From NCBI GenBank assembly GCA_030390025.1, contig CM059432.1:55862001-55926000 (forward strand): DNA of 64,000 bases, in the 5' to 3' direction. Both the position numbers and the translations under genes were made by a program. The notes below the pieces were generated by a model. The model did no database searches. It had not been told where the DNA came from and saw only the letters and a program-made list of their open reading frames with translations. This stretch comes from Squalus acanthias (Eukaryota). Below are positions 48,732 through 59,439 of this stretch, piece by piece. Numbering within the stretch: the first letter of the stretch is position 1; every line of letters begins with the position of its first letter.

Positions 48732-50112
48732 AATCGTCTTGCATTCTGCAGTTCCATGAAGAAATAGCCAATTTACTATTCAGCAAACCCATGAAAGATA
48801 GCAATGTAATAGGTTTGATATTGTGGTTTGTTCTTTAGGAACATTTTCAGCACTGTCTTCCAACCTTTTCCCCCTCCTTGCAAAATATAATCTAATGACA
48901 AGTATTCCTTTAACAAACAAGGTTTCCTGCAGGTGACAGCTGTCATAAACTTCCTGACCTATCACACTTTTCACAGCACTGAAGTCTAACATCAGTGATG
49001 GTGTCCATTCTCCTTTTGATCTCCTATCCTTGGTTCCTTTGGTGGCTGTTTCATCCTTCAACTTTACAACTCCTCAAAGACAGCTGGCAATGAACTGCTG
49101 ATTCTTGCAGTTCTGGAAGATGGCTGCTGCACTGAAACTCAAAATATTTCACTGTTAACCATGTGGCATAGTCTACTTAACAAAAAAATAGTTTTGAACA
49201 TACCAGTTTAAGTTACAGCCCACTTTTAGCTTTATCACTGATGGTGCTTGGTTAGGCTCAACTGTCTAAATATATCCAATGGAATCTGACAATTATCAGT
49301 TAATGTTTGTTACTTTTTGTATTGGAGTGCAAATTTGACGGGAGCAAACCACATTAGACCAGCACAGAAAAAAGTAATTCATTGTACGGAAAAGTTTTGC
49401 TGATGTTAGATGCATTTTACAATTGGCTATTGTGGATTAAACTCAGATCTTGAGAGGAGTTTGAAAAGATCATTTTTATTTTTGGGAAATGTCAAAATGG
49501 TTATTTTCTAATAAGTTACTTAGTGCTGAAGATCGGCCAGTTCTAGAACTGTACATGAATATGTATACAAATCCCTGTGGGAATTTTTTCTAATATTTTC
49601 CATAAAATTTGCCAAGTGATAAAATCTGTGTTCCAGCAGTTAAGCTGGATATTGATGCAAAATAAGAACACTGATGAGAGCGACTCCTTTTGAGGGGGCA
49701 GGGTGATACAAATACACTGTTGATCTCAATTTGAATTAATTTTGTCAGTACTGATCTAAACTAATTGAGAACGTCTATAAATAAGCCTGACTAAATTTAG
49801 TTTGAATGTTGAAGTATGTTGGCTGGTTTTCACTGTGTCTTTTCCATCATCTGTTTATATATCTCAAGCAGTTACTGATTTTCAGGGGTGTCTTGCCTTT
49901 AGGGTTTGTATCGTATATTCAACACATTTGTGGCCTTTTTTTGGCAAAGTTTAAAATAGAGAATCTTAACTTAAGATTTAACAAATTTTGGGAGTTGGCA
50001 GGTTTAAGCTTGCAAAGACTAAACTTGTGGTATTGGAAACTGCAGGTTACATCTTTGAAGTACTTATTTGAAACTTCATAACTATCAAAGTCAGCATCTT
50101 GAAGTAATCAGA

Positions 50113-51215
50113 GGTTATGGTAACCTAGTAGTTATGGTACTGGATTAGCGACATACAGGTCTTGAGTTCAGATCAAATCATGGCAAGGTGCTGAAATTGA
50201 ATTCAATATATTGGGTAATTTGTGGTCTAGTAATGCAGAAATACACATGAAACCCACTAACTTCCTTCAGAGAAGGGAGCCTGCTACCCCTACTTGGTTT
50301 GGGCTACACATGTAGCCATTCCCACGCTACATGGTTGACTCTCAAAGCCCTCTGAAATGGTCTAGCAAGACACATTTAAACAATTGCTACGAAGTTCAAT
50401 AATAGAATAATTAGATGGAAGTATTGGCAACAACTCGAGATCCATCATACCTCAGACCAATCTAAGGCAATCTCAATCAGGTCAACCCTGCAAAGTCCTT
50501 CTAACTAACACCTGGTGCCCAATTTGGGAGAGCAATCCCACAGTTAAGCAATAACCTGATGTCGTTGTTCACAGAATCCATCAGCCAACATCTGGGGCAC
50601 TTTAGTATGTAATACTCAACATTGACTCAGGTCAGGGAAGCCTCCTGCTAATCACCACCATAACTGAAGAATTGGTACTATTCCATATTGAGCATTGCTT
50701 GGAAGAAGCTCTGAGGGAAGTAAAGTCACAGAATGTACTCAATATAGCAAGGAGCTCTCGCAAAATTGAAGTTGATGGAACTCAAAGGGGAAATCCCTCC
50801 AGTGGCTGGAGTAATAACCATAACCATCGTTCTGTGTGTTAGGTATCAGGCCAGTCATCACAGTCCCAGGACATCAGTCCAAGAGTTCCTCATGAAAGTG
50901 TCCTTGGCCCAATCATCATTAGCTGCTTCATCGATGACCTTCCCTCTGTCATATGATCTGGAGTGGGGTGCTCACTATCAATGCAGCTTGGTAGTACTAC
51001 CACTAACCGAGTTAGCCCACAGTGTTTAGCTCATTTATATGAAGCAGCCCATGTCAGTCTGCAGAAGGACCTGGATTGCATCCAGGCTTTGGCTGGTACA
51101 TGGCAAGTAACATTTGTGCCACAGAGATGCCAGCTAATGGCCATCTCAAACAAGAGAGAGCCCAGCCATCTCTTCTTGACCTTCAGTGGCACCATCATCA
51201 CCGAGTCCTCCACCA
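50113..51215 (+). mobile_element. Old, heavily deleted Zenon-like LINE with a tRNA-like 5' head
   Basis: The head matches the SINE at 1625-1971. An EN start remnant (LVPNLGE..H.VKQ*PDV) lies at ~50510. RT C-terminal remnant LQKDLDCIQALAGTWQVTFVPQRCQ follows. Confidence 0.65.
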
Positions 51216-51539
51216 GAGGAGATGAGCAGTCAAATGGAACAAACTGTAAATGTGTCCCACTATCTGCAGATAGTTAATGACTTGGTGTATGATTTTGTGT
51301 AATCACAAATCGCTAGGCCTCAATGCAAGGCTGCTTCTATAAAGCAGGTACCACTCTTGCGATAATACAACAAGGGACAGAGGAAAGAAGCAGCAAAGGG
51401 CAGTGAAAGAGACAAGTGGGCATTTTAGCTGATAGCTGTGGTTTTAAGCTGGTAATGTTTGCCTTGGAACATAGTTGTAATGGGGTTTTGTAAGAACATT
51501 GGAATGGCAGTAATGGTAGTGCCATTTTGTTAGCAATAG

Positions 51540-53500
51540 TGGCTATTGATCTTTTAAATCCCAATTCCCCAACCTTTCTCCACATCTATTTATACTCTTA
51601 TTTCCCAAGGGCTTATCTATCTCCTTAAGCACCTCAATCATTCTACATCCATGGTGGTCTTGGGCAATGCATTCATTCTCAACCCTTTGTGCTAAGAATT
51701 TTATTTTTGGCTTTGCTTTTAACCAACTTAGTTCTAATTTTAAGATCATGTACCCTTTTTCTCAATTCTTCTACGAAAGTGAAGCATTGTTCCCTATCTG
51801 CCCTGCCAATTCCCTTCATTATTTTAAACACTTCAATTAGACCACCTCTTCTCCTTATTTCTAGGGACTATAACCCAAGTTTGCCAAGTCCCTTCATCCC
51901 AGGTATTATTATAGAACCATCTCCAAGGTCAGTATATCCTATCCTTTGGGTGCCAAAAAACTGGATACAATACTCTAAATGAGAACTGACAAACATGTTA
52001 AGTTTTCAGTCTTTTACTTGTGTTCAGCACCAAAGCCCACTCCCATAAGCCAGCCCTTGTTCCCTATGAACTGGAGTGTTACTTTCATAGGCCCAGTATT
52101 TTGTAATGTAGCGAGTAACCTTTGTCATTGTATTTAGCTTACTGGAAATCTCACCAGCTGTTTCATGATTCCCTAGACTTTGGAATGCAGCAGAATCAGA
52201 CTGTGGCTTAGACCACAAACTTAGGAACATGTTTTATTTAAGATGCATTATAAATAGTAAAGATAATACAGCAGTTTACCATAGTTTACAGAATATATCT
52301 ATTCCTTATTCAATTCAGAAAATAATAAGCAACTGTGATCCTTTACTAATAGCACTTGGTAACGTAGCATCTCAAATAACATCCCTCTACAATAACTTTA
52401 CAGAGGCTCTTGCTTTCTTCTCACTGTGCCTTTTCCCTTACTCTTTCTCTAAAAAAAAACTAGTGAACTGGAAGCTTGCTGTCAGATATATCCGTGGCAC
52501 CCTTAGAAGTTTGAGCAGGAACAAAGAAAATCAAAAATATATTTGTCAAAATCAAATAATATACTTAAAGATGTATGTGGTTTTAGGGACTATTCCATAG
52601 TCAACAGTGCCCATCTATTAAGTATCACACCCAAATCCATTTGTCATCTGCCTACAAATTCCTTTCATAATGGACAATTAAGCAAGCAGTTGTGCCAAAT
52701 GGTTTTGAATTGAAGTATAACTATTAAGTTTTGACATATCTGTTTGCACTGCCTGTTTCAATAACTTGTGTACACCAAGGTACTTCTATACCATTTGAAG
52801 TCTTACCATTTAAGGTATAGTTCATTTCCCTATTCTTGCTTCCAAAATGTATTATTTCACATTTTTCTACATTTCAATGTTCCCTCAATTCCCAAGTCCA
52901 AATCATTTATTTCTATAGTAAGTAAGAGGGGCATCGACACAGATCTCTGCGATATGTCACTCGCAATGCCTTTTCATTCTGAGAAACCTCTTTTTACATT
53001 TACACTTTATTTTTTTCCATCGAACCATGTCTCTTTCTAGGTTCCCTTAATTCCATGTGCTATTTCTTTGCCTTAAATCATTTATGTGATACCTTATCAA
53101 ATGTTTTTTTTAAATCCATGTAAACCACATTAACTGCATTTCCTTTACCTATGCTTTGTAATACTTCATAAAGAACTCTACAAAGTTGATCAAGCATGAA
53201 CTGTATTTTAAAAATCCATGCTCACCAGCTCATGATTCTCCAAGTGCTTTTACATTTCAACCCATATTTTGGATTCCAAAGTAGTTTATCAAGAACTGAA
53301 ATAAAATTAGCCAATAATTTCCTGATTGACCCGTCTTTTGAAAAGCAAAGTCACATTTGCCATCCTCTAGCCCTCTGACACAATTTTCCTTTCCACAGAA
53401 TTTTGGAAAATAACAGTATTTGGCTTCCCTCAGTATCCTCAGATGTAAACCATCAGCTCTCATTGTCAATTTTTCCTTCCATTTAATCTGTGCAAGGTCT
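51540..53500 (-). mobile_element. Old CR1 fragments (51540-52010 and 52690-53500)
   Basis: Minus-strand remnants of LEYCIQF, LIEVFKIMKG, AFDKVSH and DGLHLRILRE motifs. Confidence 0.65.
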
Positions 53501-53835
53501 CATTTTACCTTGACTAGCAAAAAAAGTAAATTATCTTTGTCCTTTTTTTTTTGTTCTATTCTTATACCATTACATTGTCGTGACTACTCACAAATGTTAG
53601 CCTACTTTTAGCTTGCACTCTCTGGTCAAGTAGTGCTTCCTTCCTTGTTAGTGTAGCAATTTATTGGCTGACGGCCTGTAAAAAGCCCACCACTTTCTCG
53701 CCACAAATGTTTTCCTTAACCCAGTCTATTTTTGTATAATGTCCTAAAACGGAGTGACTCCTGCCAATGACCAGAAGCTGCGCAGAAGCGTACTGCGCAT
53801 TAATCTGGAACTGGAAGCTTTTTTCCCCCACAGAG

Positions 53836-54059
53836 CATTTTTCCTCACAGCCCGCTCTCTCTCCTGGCATTTTTCCTCACAGCCTGCTCTCTCTCCCGGC
53901 ATTTTTCCTCACAGCCCGCTCTCTCCCGGCATTTTTCCTCACAGCCCGCTCTCTCCCGGCATTTTTCCTCACAGCCCGCTCTCTCCCGGCATTTTTCCTC
54001 ACAGCCCGCTCTCTCCCAGCATTTTTCCTCACAGCCCACTCTCTCCCGGCATTTTTCCT
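53836..54059. repeat. 30-bp minisatellite, about 7 copies
   Basis: Unit gcatttttcctcacagcccgctctctcccg. Confidence 0.95.
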
Positions 54060-54296
54060 TGTGTCCTAATTAAAATGTCCTACAATTATAATTCTATTAT
54101 TAATACACACCTCTTTAACTTGTCTGCACATTTCATCCTAGATTTCCATTCCATTGTTCAGCAGTCTCACTACCAGTATTGTGACTAATTCCTTGCTGTT
54201 TCTCAACTAAATCCAAAGGGATTCTGTTTGGACCACTTCTTTTTAAATCCTTACACTCTAGTACTATGATAACTCCAATTAATACCACTATTAATC

Positions 54297-56147
54297 CTGG
54301 CTCACCTTACGAGCGCTGAGGAGGCAGCCCTGGAGATCGCTGGAGGTGCAGAGGAGTTGGCAGTGGGGGACGGAGAGATGGGCGTAGAACAGCAAGCTGG
54401 TGAGAGAATTGCTTTCCAACCCTCTGATTTAGCAATCATGAGTGACTAATATGGGATATGATGTTCATAGAGAATGAGTACTGAGCATCTGCACAATGCC
54501 ATGTATGTGCAACCTACATTTCACTTGTCTAACGCATGCATTTACTCCCCCACAGGGCCATCGAGAGCCCCGCTCCCCACTTTACAGGAGGAAGAGCAGG
54601 AGTACTCCTCAGAGGAGCCACCAGCCTCTGAGGGAGCAGCGTCACTAGCACTCAGCGCACCCAGCATCAGCGCAGAGACGCACACCTCGGTGGGTTTTGT
54701 GCGAGATAGAGTAGTGTTGTCACCTGGTGTATCACAGCTCACAGGTGAGCAGGAGCAGATGTTGGAGGCAGGGACAGCAGTGGAGCGTCCTCGTCTGAGG
54801 ACGCTGGGCTCTCCAAGCTCTGCTCAGCTGCATGTAGACGCTGACCCTCTGGGGCCATCCAGAAGGAGAGCCGTGCTGGAGCTTCAGGAACAAGTGCAGG
54901 AGGCTGAGTGTTTTTTTTTCCATGGTAACTGCGAGTGTGCAGAGAATGGAGGAGTCCATGCTAAACATGAGCAATGCCGTGGTGAACGCTATGGGCAATG
55001 TAGGTGCTGCAATGAAAAGGATGGCAACCTCCACGGAGCACATAAATTGCCAGACTCAGGAGAGCATGGTAACACTTCTAAATAGATGGTCATCCATGGA
55101 GGATAGATGGGCATCTATTGAGCAGAGAAACCAGAGGTTCATGGGCGTACTTGCCAGTACAGTGATGGGTCCACATGGCCCCACCGATGTGCAGCAAGGT
55201 GCGCTCCAGCAACTTGCTAGCAGTGAAGTGCGGGTGACCCATGAGAGAGATGGAGATGTATGAGCACAAGGAAGTGGGGGCTCCTCTCCAAGCGCTCACA
55301 CTCCCTTGCCACTGCCGAGCCCTCAGTCAGAGCCCCATCTGCCTGAGGCAACAGAAATGGCCGAGTCTGCCACTGCACAGCTGCAGGAGGAGCGGACTTT
55401 GGCGGGGCTCTCGAAGGCTCCCAAAACCAGAGGACGGCTGCCAAAGGTGTCTAAGCAGGAGCAGCAGGGAAGTGAGCAGCCAGCCACCACATCTGCTGAA
55501 GCCACAGGGGTCTCACAACGTAGAAGCACGTGTAAGAGAAAGATGTCACATTAGTTATCACAAGGGTTCTCACTTGGGTGGTATGATATAATTATTTGAA
55601 AAGTTTCTGTTCATAGCGATTTTTGTAATAAATTTATGTTGAACCAAGGTTTGGCATCGTTGTGGTGACAACTTGAGGTGGCACAGTTTAGGGTAAGTGC
55701 GCCTTTAAAATCCAGCAATGCTGGTTAGAGTGCATCTATAGTGCCCAACACAGACTTGCAGCCTAAAAACAGAATATGCCCCCCAAATGACTCAATCACC
55801 AAGCTTAGAGATTTCTAAATGACTAGATTGAAGACTGCAGCTTTTACACTGCACTTGCAGCTCTGGAGTCTGCAGCTTGCTGGTGTTCACGCCACACTTA
55901 CTTGGCGTGTTGTCTAAACGTCATGAAACCCGAACCAGCAGCTGGAAAATCAAAAAAAAAACCTGAAAATTGCTCATTAATAGGCAGTTAATTGCCTTTA
56001 ATCCCTTTCCCGCCACTTGGTGTCGGGTCCATTTGCAAATCGGGGACCCGACACTCGGGAAGGTTCAAAACCCGCCGTCAATCATAATGACTTTAACCTC
56101 TGACCCGCCTCCAAATCGGCCCTCTGAGCACCGGCAAAATTCTGGCC
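54297..56147 (+). mobile_element. Right part of a PIF/Harbinger transposon with decayed spliced exons of its accessory (Myb/SANT-type) gene
   Basis: Exon LTSAEEAALEIAGG..LAVGDGE ends at 54399. A GT-AG intron (54400-54555) joins in frame to GPSRAPLPTLQEE. Frameshifted continuation ends at KRKMSH* (55554). AATAAA at 55627 and right TIR aaaattctggcc. The Myb domain itself is not present, so that assignment is inferred. Confidence 0.65.
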
Positions 56148-57340
56148 AAAGAGTCTGCAAAGGGATATAGATAGGTTAAGTGAGTGGGCAAAAATTTGGC
56201 AGATGGAATATAATGTGGGAAAATGTGAGGTTATCCACTTTGGTAGGAAGAATAGAAAAGCAAAATATTATTTAAATGGAGTGACTACAGAATGCTGCAG
56301 TACAGAAGGATCTGGGTGTTCTCATACATGAAACACAAAAGGTTAGCATGCAGGTACAGCAAGTAATTAGGAAGCCAAATGGAATGTTGGCCTTTATTGC
56401 AAGGGGGATGCAGTATAAAAGTAGGGAAGTCTTGCTACAACTGTACAGGGCGTTGGTGAGACCACACCTGGAGTACTGCGTACAGTTTTGGTCTCCTTAT
56501 TTAAGGAGGGATATACTTGCATTGGAGGCAGTTCAGAGAAGGTTCACTAGGTTGATTCCTGAGATGAAAGAGTTGTCTTCTGAGGAAAGGTTGGGCCTAT
56601 ACTCATTGGAGTTTAGAAGAATGAGAGGTGATCTTATTGAAACATACAAAATTCTGATGGGGCTTGACAGGGTAGATGCAGGGAGGTTGTTTCCCCTCGT
56701 GGGGGAATCTGGAACTAGGGGTTATAGTTTCAGGATAAGGGGTCGCCCATTTAAGACTCTGACAGGGCTAGACAGACTGGATGCAGGGAGGATGTTTCCC
56801 CTAGCTGAGAGGTCACAGACTCAGGATACGGGGTAGAACATTTAGGACTGAGATGAGGAGAAATATCTTCACTCAGAGGGTGGTGAACCTGTGGAATTCT
56901 CTACCACAGAAGGCTGTGGAGGCCAAGTCACTGAATATATTCTAGACACAAAAGGCATCAAGGGGTATGGGGAGAGAGCGGGAATATGGTATTGAGACAG
57001 AGGATCAGCCATGATATTGAATGGCGGAGCAGGCTCGAAGAGCCGAATGGCCTACTCCTGCTCCTATTTTTCTAAGACGGAGATGAGGAGGAATTTCTTC
57101 TCTCAGAGGGTCGTGAATCTTTGGAATTCTCTACCCCAGAGAACTATGGAGGCTCAGTCAGTGAATATATTCAAGGCGGAGATAGACATATTTGAGCTAC
57201 AGGGGAGTCAAGGGTTATGGGGAGCGGGTGGGAAAGTGGAGTTTAGGCCAAGATCAGATCAGCCATGATCTTATTGAATGGTGGAGCAGGCTCGAGGGGC
57301 TGAATGGCCTACTCCTGCTCCTATTTCTTATGTTCTTATT
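56148..57340 (+). mobile_element. CR1 3' portion with a second CR1 3' end nested at ~56758-57072
   Basis: ORF 56348..56836. The frame resumes as KTEMRRNFFSQRVV at ~57074, and taagac is repeated at both junctions. Confidence 0.88.
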
Positions 57341-57584
57341 ACCCCACCTCCCTTCTTTTCCTGTTCCCTGAAAGTTTTATACCGAGGTATATTTAATCGC
57401 CAATCCTAACCCAGTTACAGGCAAGATTGTTGTTATTATGTTAATGAATTTCTATTTTAATCAATATTTTCATTCCCCAATTTGTTTCCAATATTCTGCA
57501 TTACTTTACATATATTATAGTTTAGATTCCCTTAGTTTGGCAATTATTTTGCCTTGGGTTCCTTTTTTTACTGTCTTGGCCCTT

Positions 57585-59008
57585 TTAGCCTTGGAAGAAG
57601 CACTGAGGGTAGCAAGGGCAAAGAATGTACACACAGAATGGTGGGGGACTTCAATGTCCATTACCAACAGTGGCTCAGTAGCACCACTACTGACCCAGCT
57701 GGCCGAGTTCTGAAGGACGTAACTGCCAGACTGGGCCTGCGGCAGGTGGTGAGAGAAGCAACACGAGGGGAAAAACCTACTTGACCTCGTCCTCACCAAT
57801 CTACCTGTCGCAGATGCATCTGTCCATGACCGTATTGGTAACAGTGACCACCGCACAGCCCTTGTGGAGACGAAGTCCCGTCTTCACACTGAGGACACCC
57901 TCCATCATGCTGTTTGGCACTACCACTGTGCTAAATGGGATAGATGCAGAACAGATCTAGCAGCTTAAAACTGGGCATTCATTCCACCTCAATCTGTAAC
58001 CTCATGGCCCAGCATATCCCTCACTCAACCATTACCATCAAGTCAGGGGACCAACCCTGGTTCAACGAGGAGTGTAGAAGAGCATGCCAGGAGCAGCACC
58101 AGGTGTACCTATATATGAGGTGCCAACCTGGTGAAGCTACAACACAGGACTACATGCTAAACAGCAGACGCAGCATGCTATAGACAGAGCTAAGCAATCC
58201 CACAACCAACGGATCAGATCAAAGCTCTGCAGTACTGCCACATCCAGTCATGAATGGTGGTGGACCATTAAACAACTAACGGGAGGAGGAGGCTCCATGA
58301 ACGCCCTCATCCTCAATGATGACGGCGCCCCGCACATGAGTGCAAAAGACAAGGCTGAAGCGTTTGCAACCATCTTCAGTCAGAAGTGCCAAGTGGATGA
58401 TCAATCTCGGCCTCTCCTGAGGCCCCACCATCATAGAAGCCAGTCTTCAGCCAATTTGATTCACTCCACATGATATCAAGAAACGGCTGAGTGCACTGGA
58501 TACAGCAAAGGCTATGAGCTCCAACGACATTTGGCTATCGTGCTGAAGACTTGTGCTCCAGAACTAGCCATGCCGCTAGCCAAGCTGTTCCAGTGTAGCT
58601 ACAACACTGGCATCTACCCAGCAAAGTGGAAAATTGCCCAGGTATGTCCTGTCCACAAAAAGCAGTACAAATCCAATCCAGCCAATTACCGCCCCATCAG
58701 TCTACTCTCAATCATCAGCAAAGTGATGGAAGGTGTCATCAACAGTGCTATCAAGCGGCACTTACTTAACAACAACCTTCTCACCGATGCTCAGCTTGGG
58801 TTCTGCCAGGACCACTTGGCTCCAGACCTCGTCACAGTTCAAACATGGACAAAAGAGCTGAATTCCAGAGGTGAGGTGAGAGTGACCGCACTTGACATCA
58901 AGGCAGCATTTGGCCGAGTTTGGCATCAAGGAGCCCGATTAAAACTGCAGAGGTTCAAGAAGGTGGTTCACCAGCACCTTCTCAAGGGCAATTAGTGATG
59001 GGCAATAG
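57585..59008 (+). mobile_element. Zenon-like LINE (EN to RT N-terminal half) joined directly to its 3' end by an internal deletion
   Basis: VGDFNVH, LDLVLTN, SDH and QPWFNEEC motifs. ORF 58531..58995 runs ALDIKAAFGRVWHQG straight into the terminal LQRFKKVVHQHLLKGN*. Confidence 0.85.
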
Positions 59009-59439
59009 CCTCTTTTCACCCCTTCTAACTCCTTATACATCTATCACCTGTACACTTAAAGCTTACTTTCTCTTCCAAGCAGGCTGCTCTCTTGCTTTAT
59101 CTCTCCCACCTGCCATATTAGTTTAAACTCGACACTTGGGTAACCTCCCTGCAAGGAGTTTGGTCCTTGTTGTTGACTTATAGCCTGCTCCTGCCTCAGA
59201 ACTGATACCAATTCTGAGATTACTATCTTTTCAGGTCCTGTTCCTGACTCTATCTCTTAACTCTTGGGACTCTCTTTGCAGGACCTAAATCCCCTTCTTT
59301 CTATGTTGTTGGTTCCAACATGAACCATGGCTTCTGGCTGGCTGTGATGAAGCCCAGCATCCTATTAGCCCTTTTGAACAATTTTGTTCCTTTGAGTATG
59401 CTTTTAATGATATGTGAGAGTGGTCTGCACAAAGTGGTC

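Noticed and set aside
53754-54188. ORFs with repeated SPGIFPHSPL / ARSLPAFFLT peptides; also considered as a CRISPR-like array
   Set aside because: Translation of a head-to-tail minisatellite with no unique spacers, in a vertebrate context.
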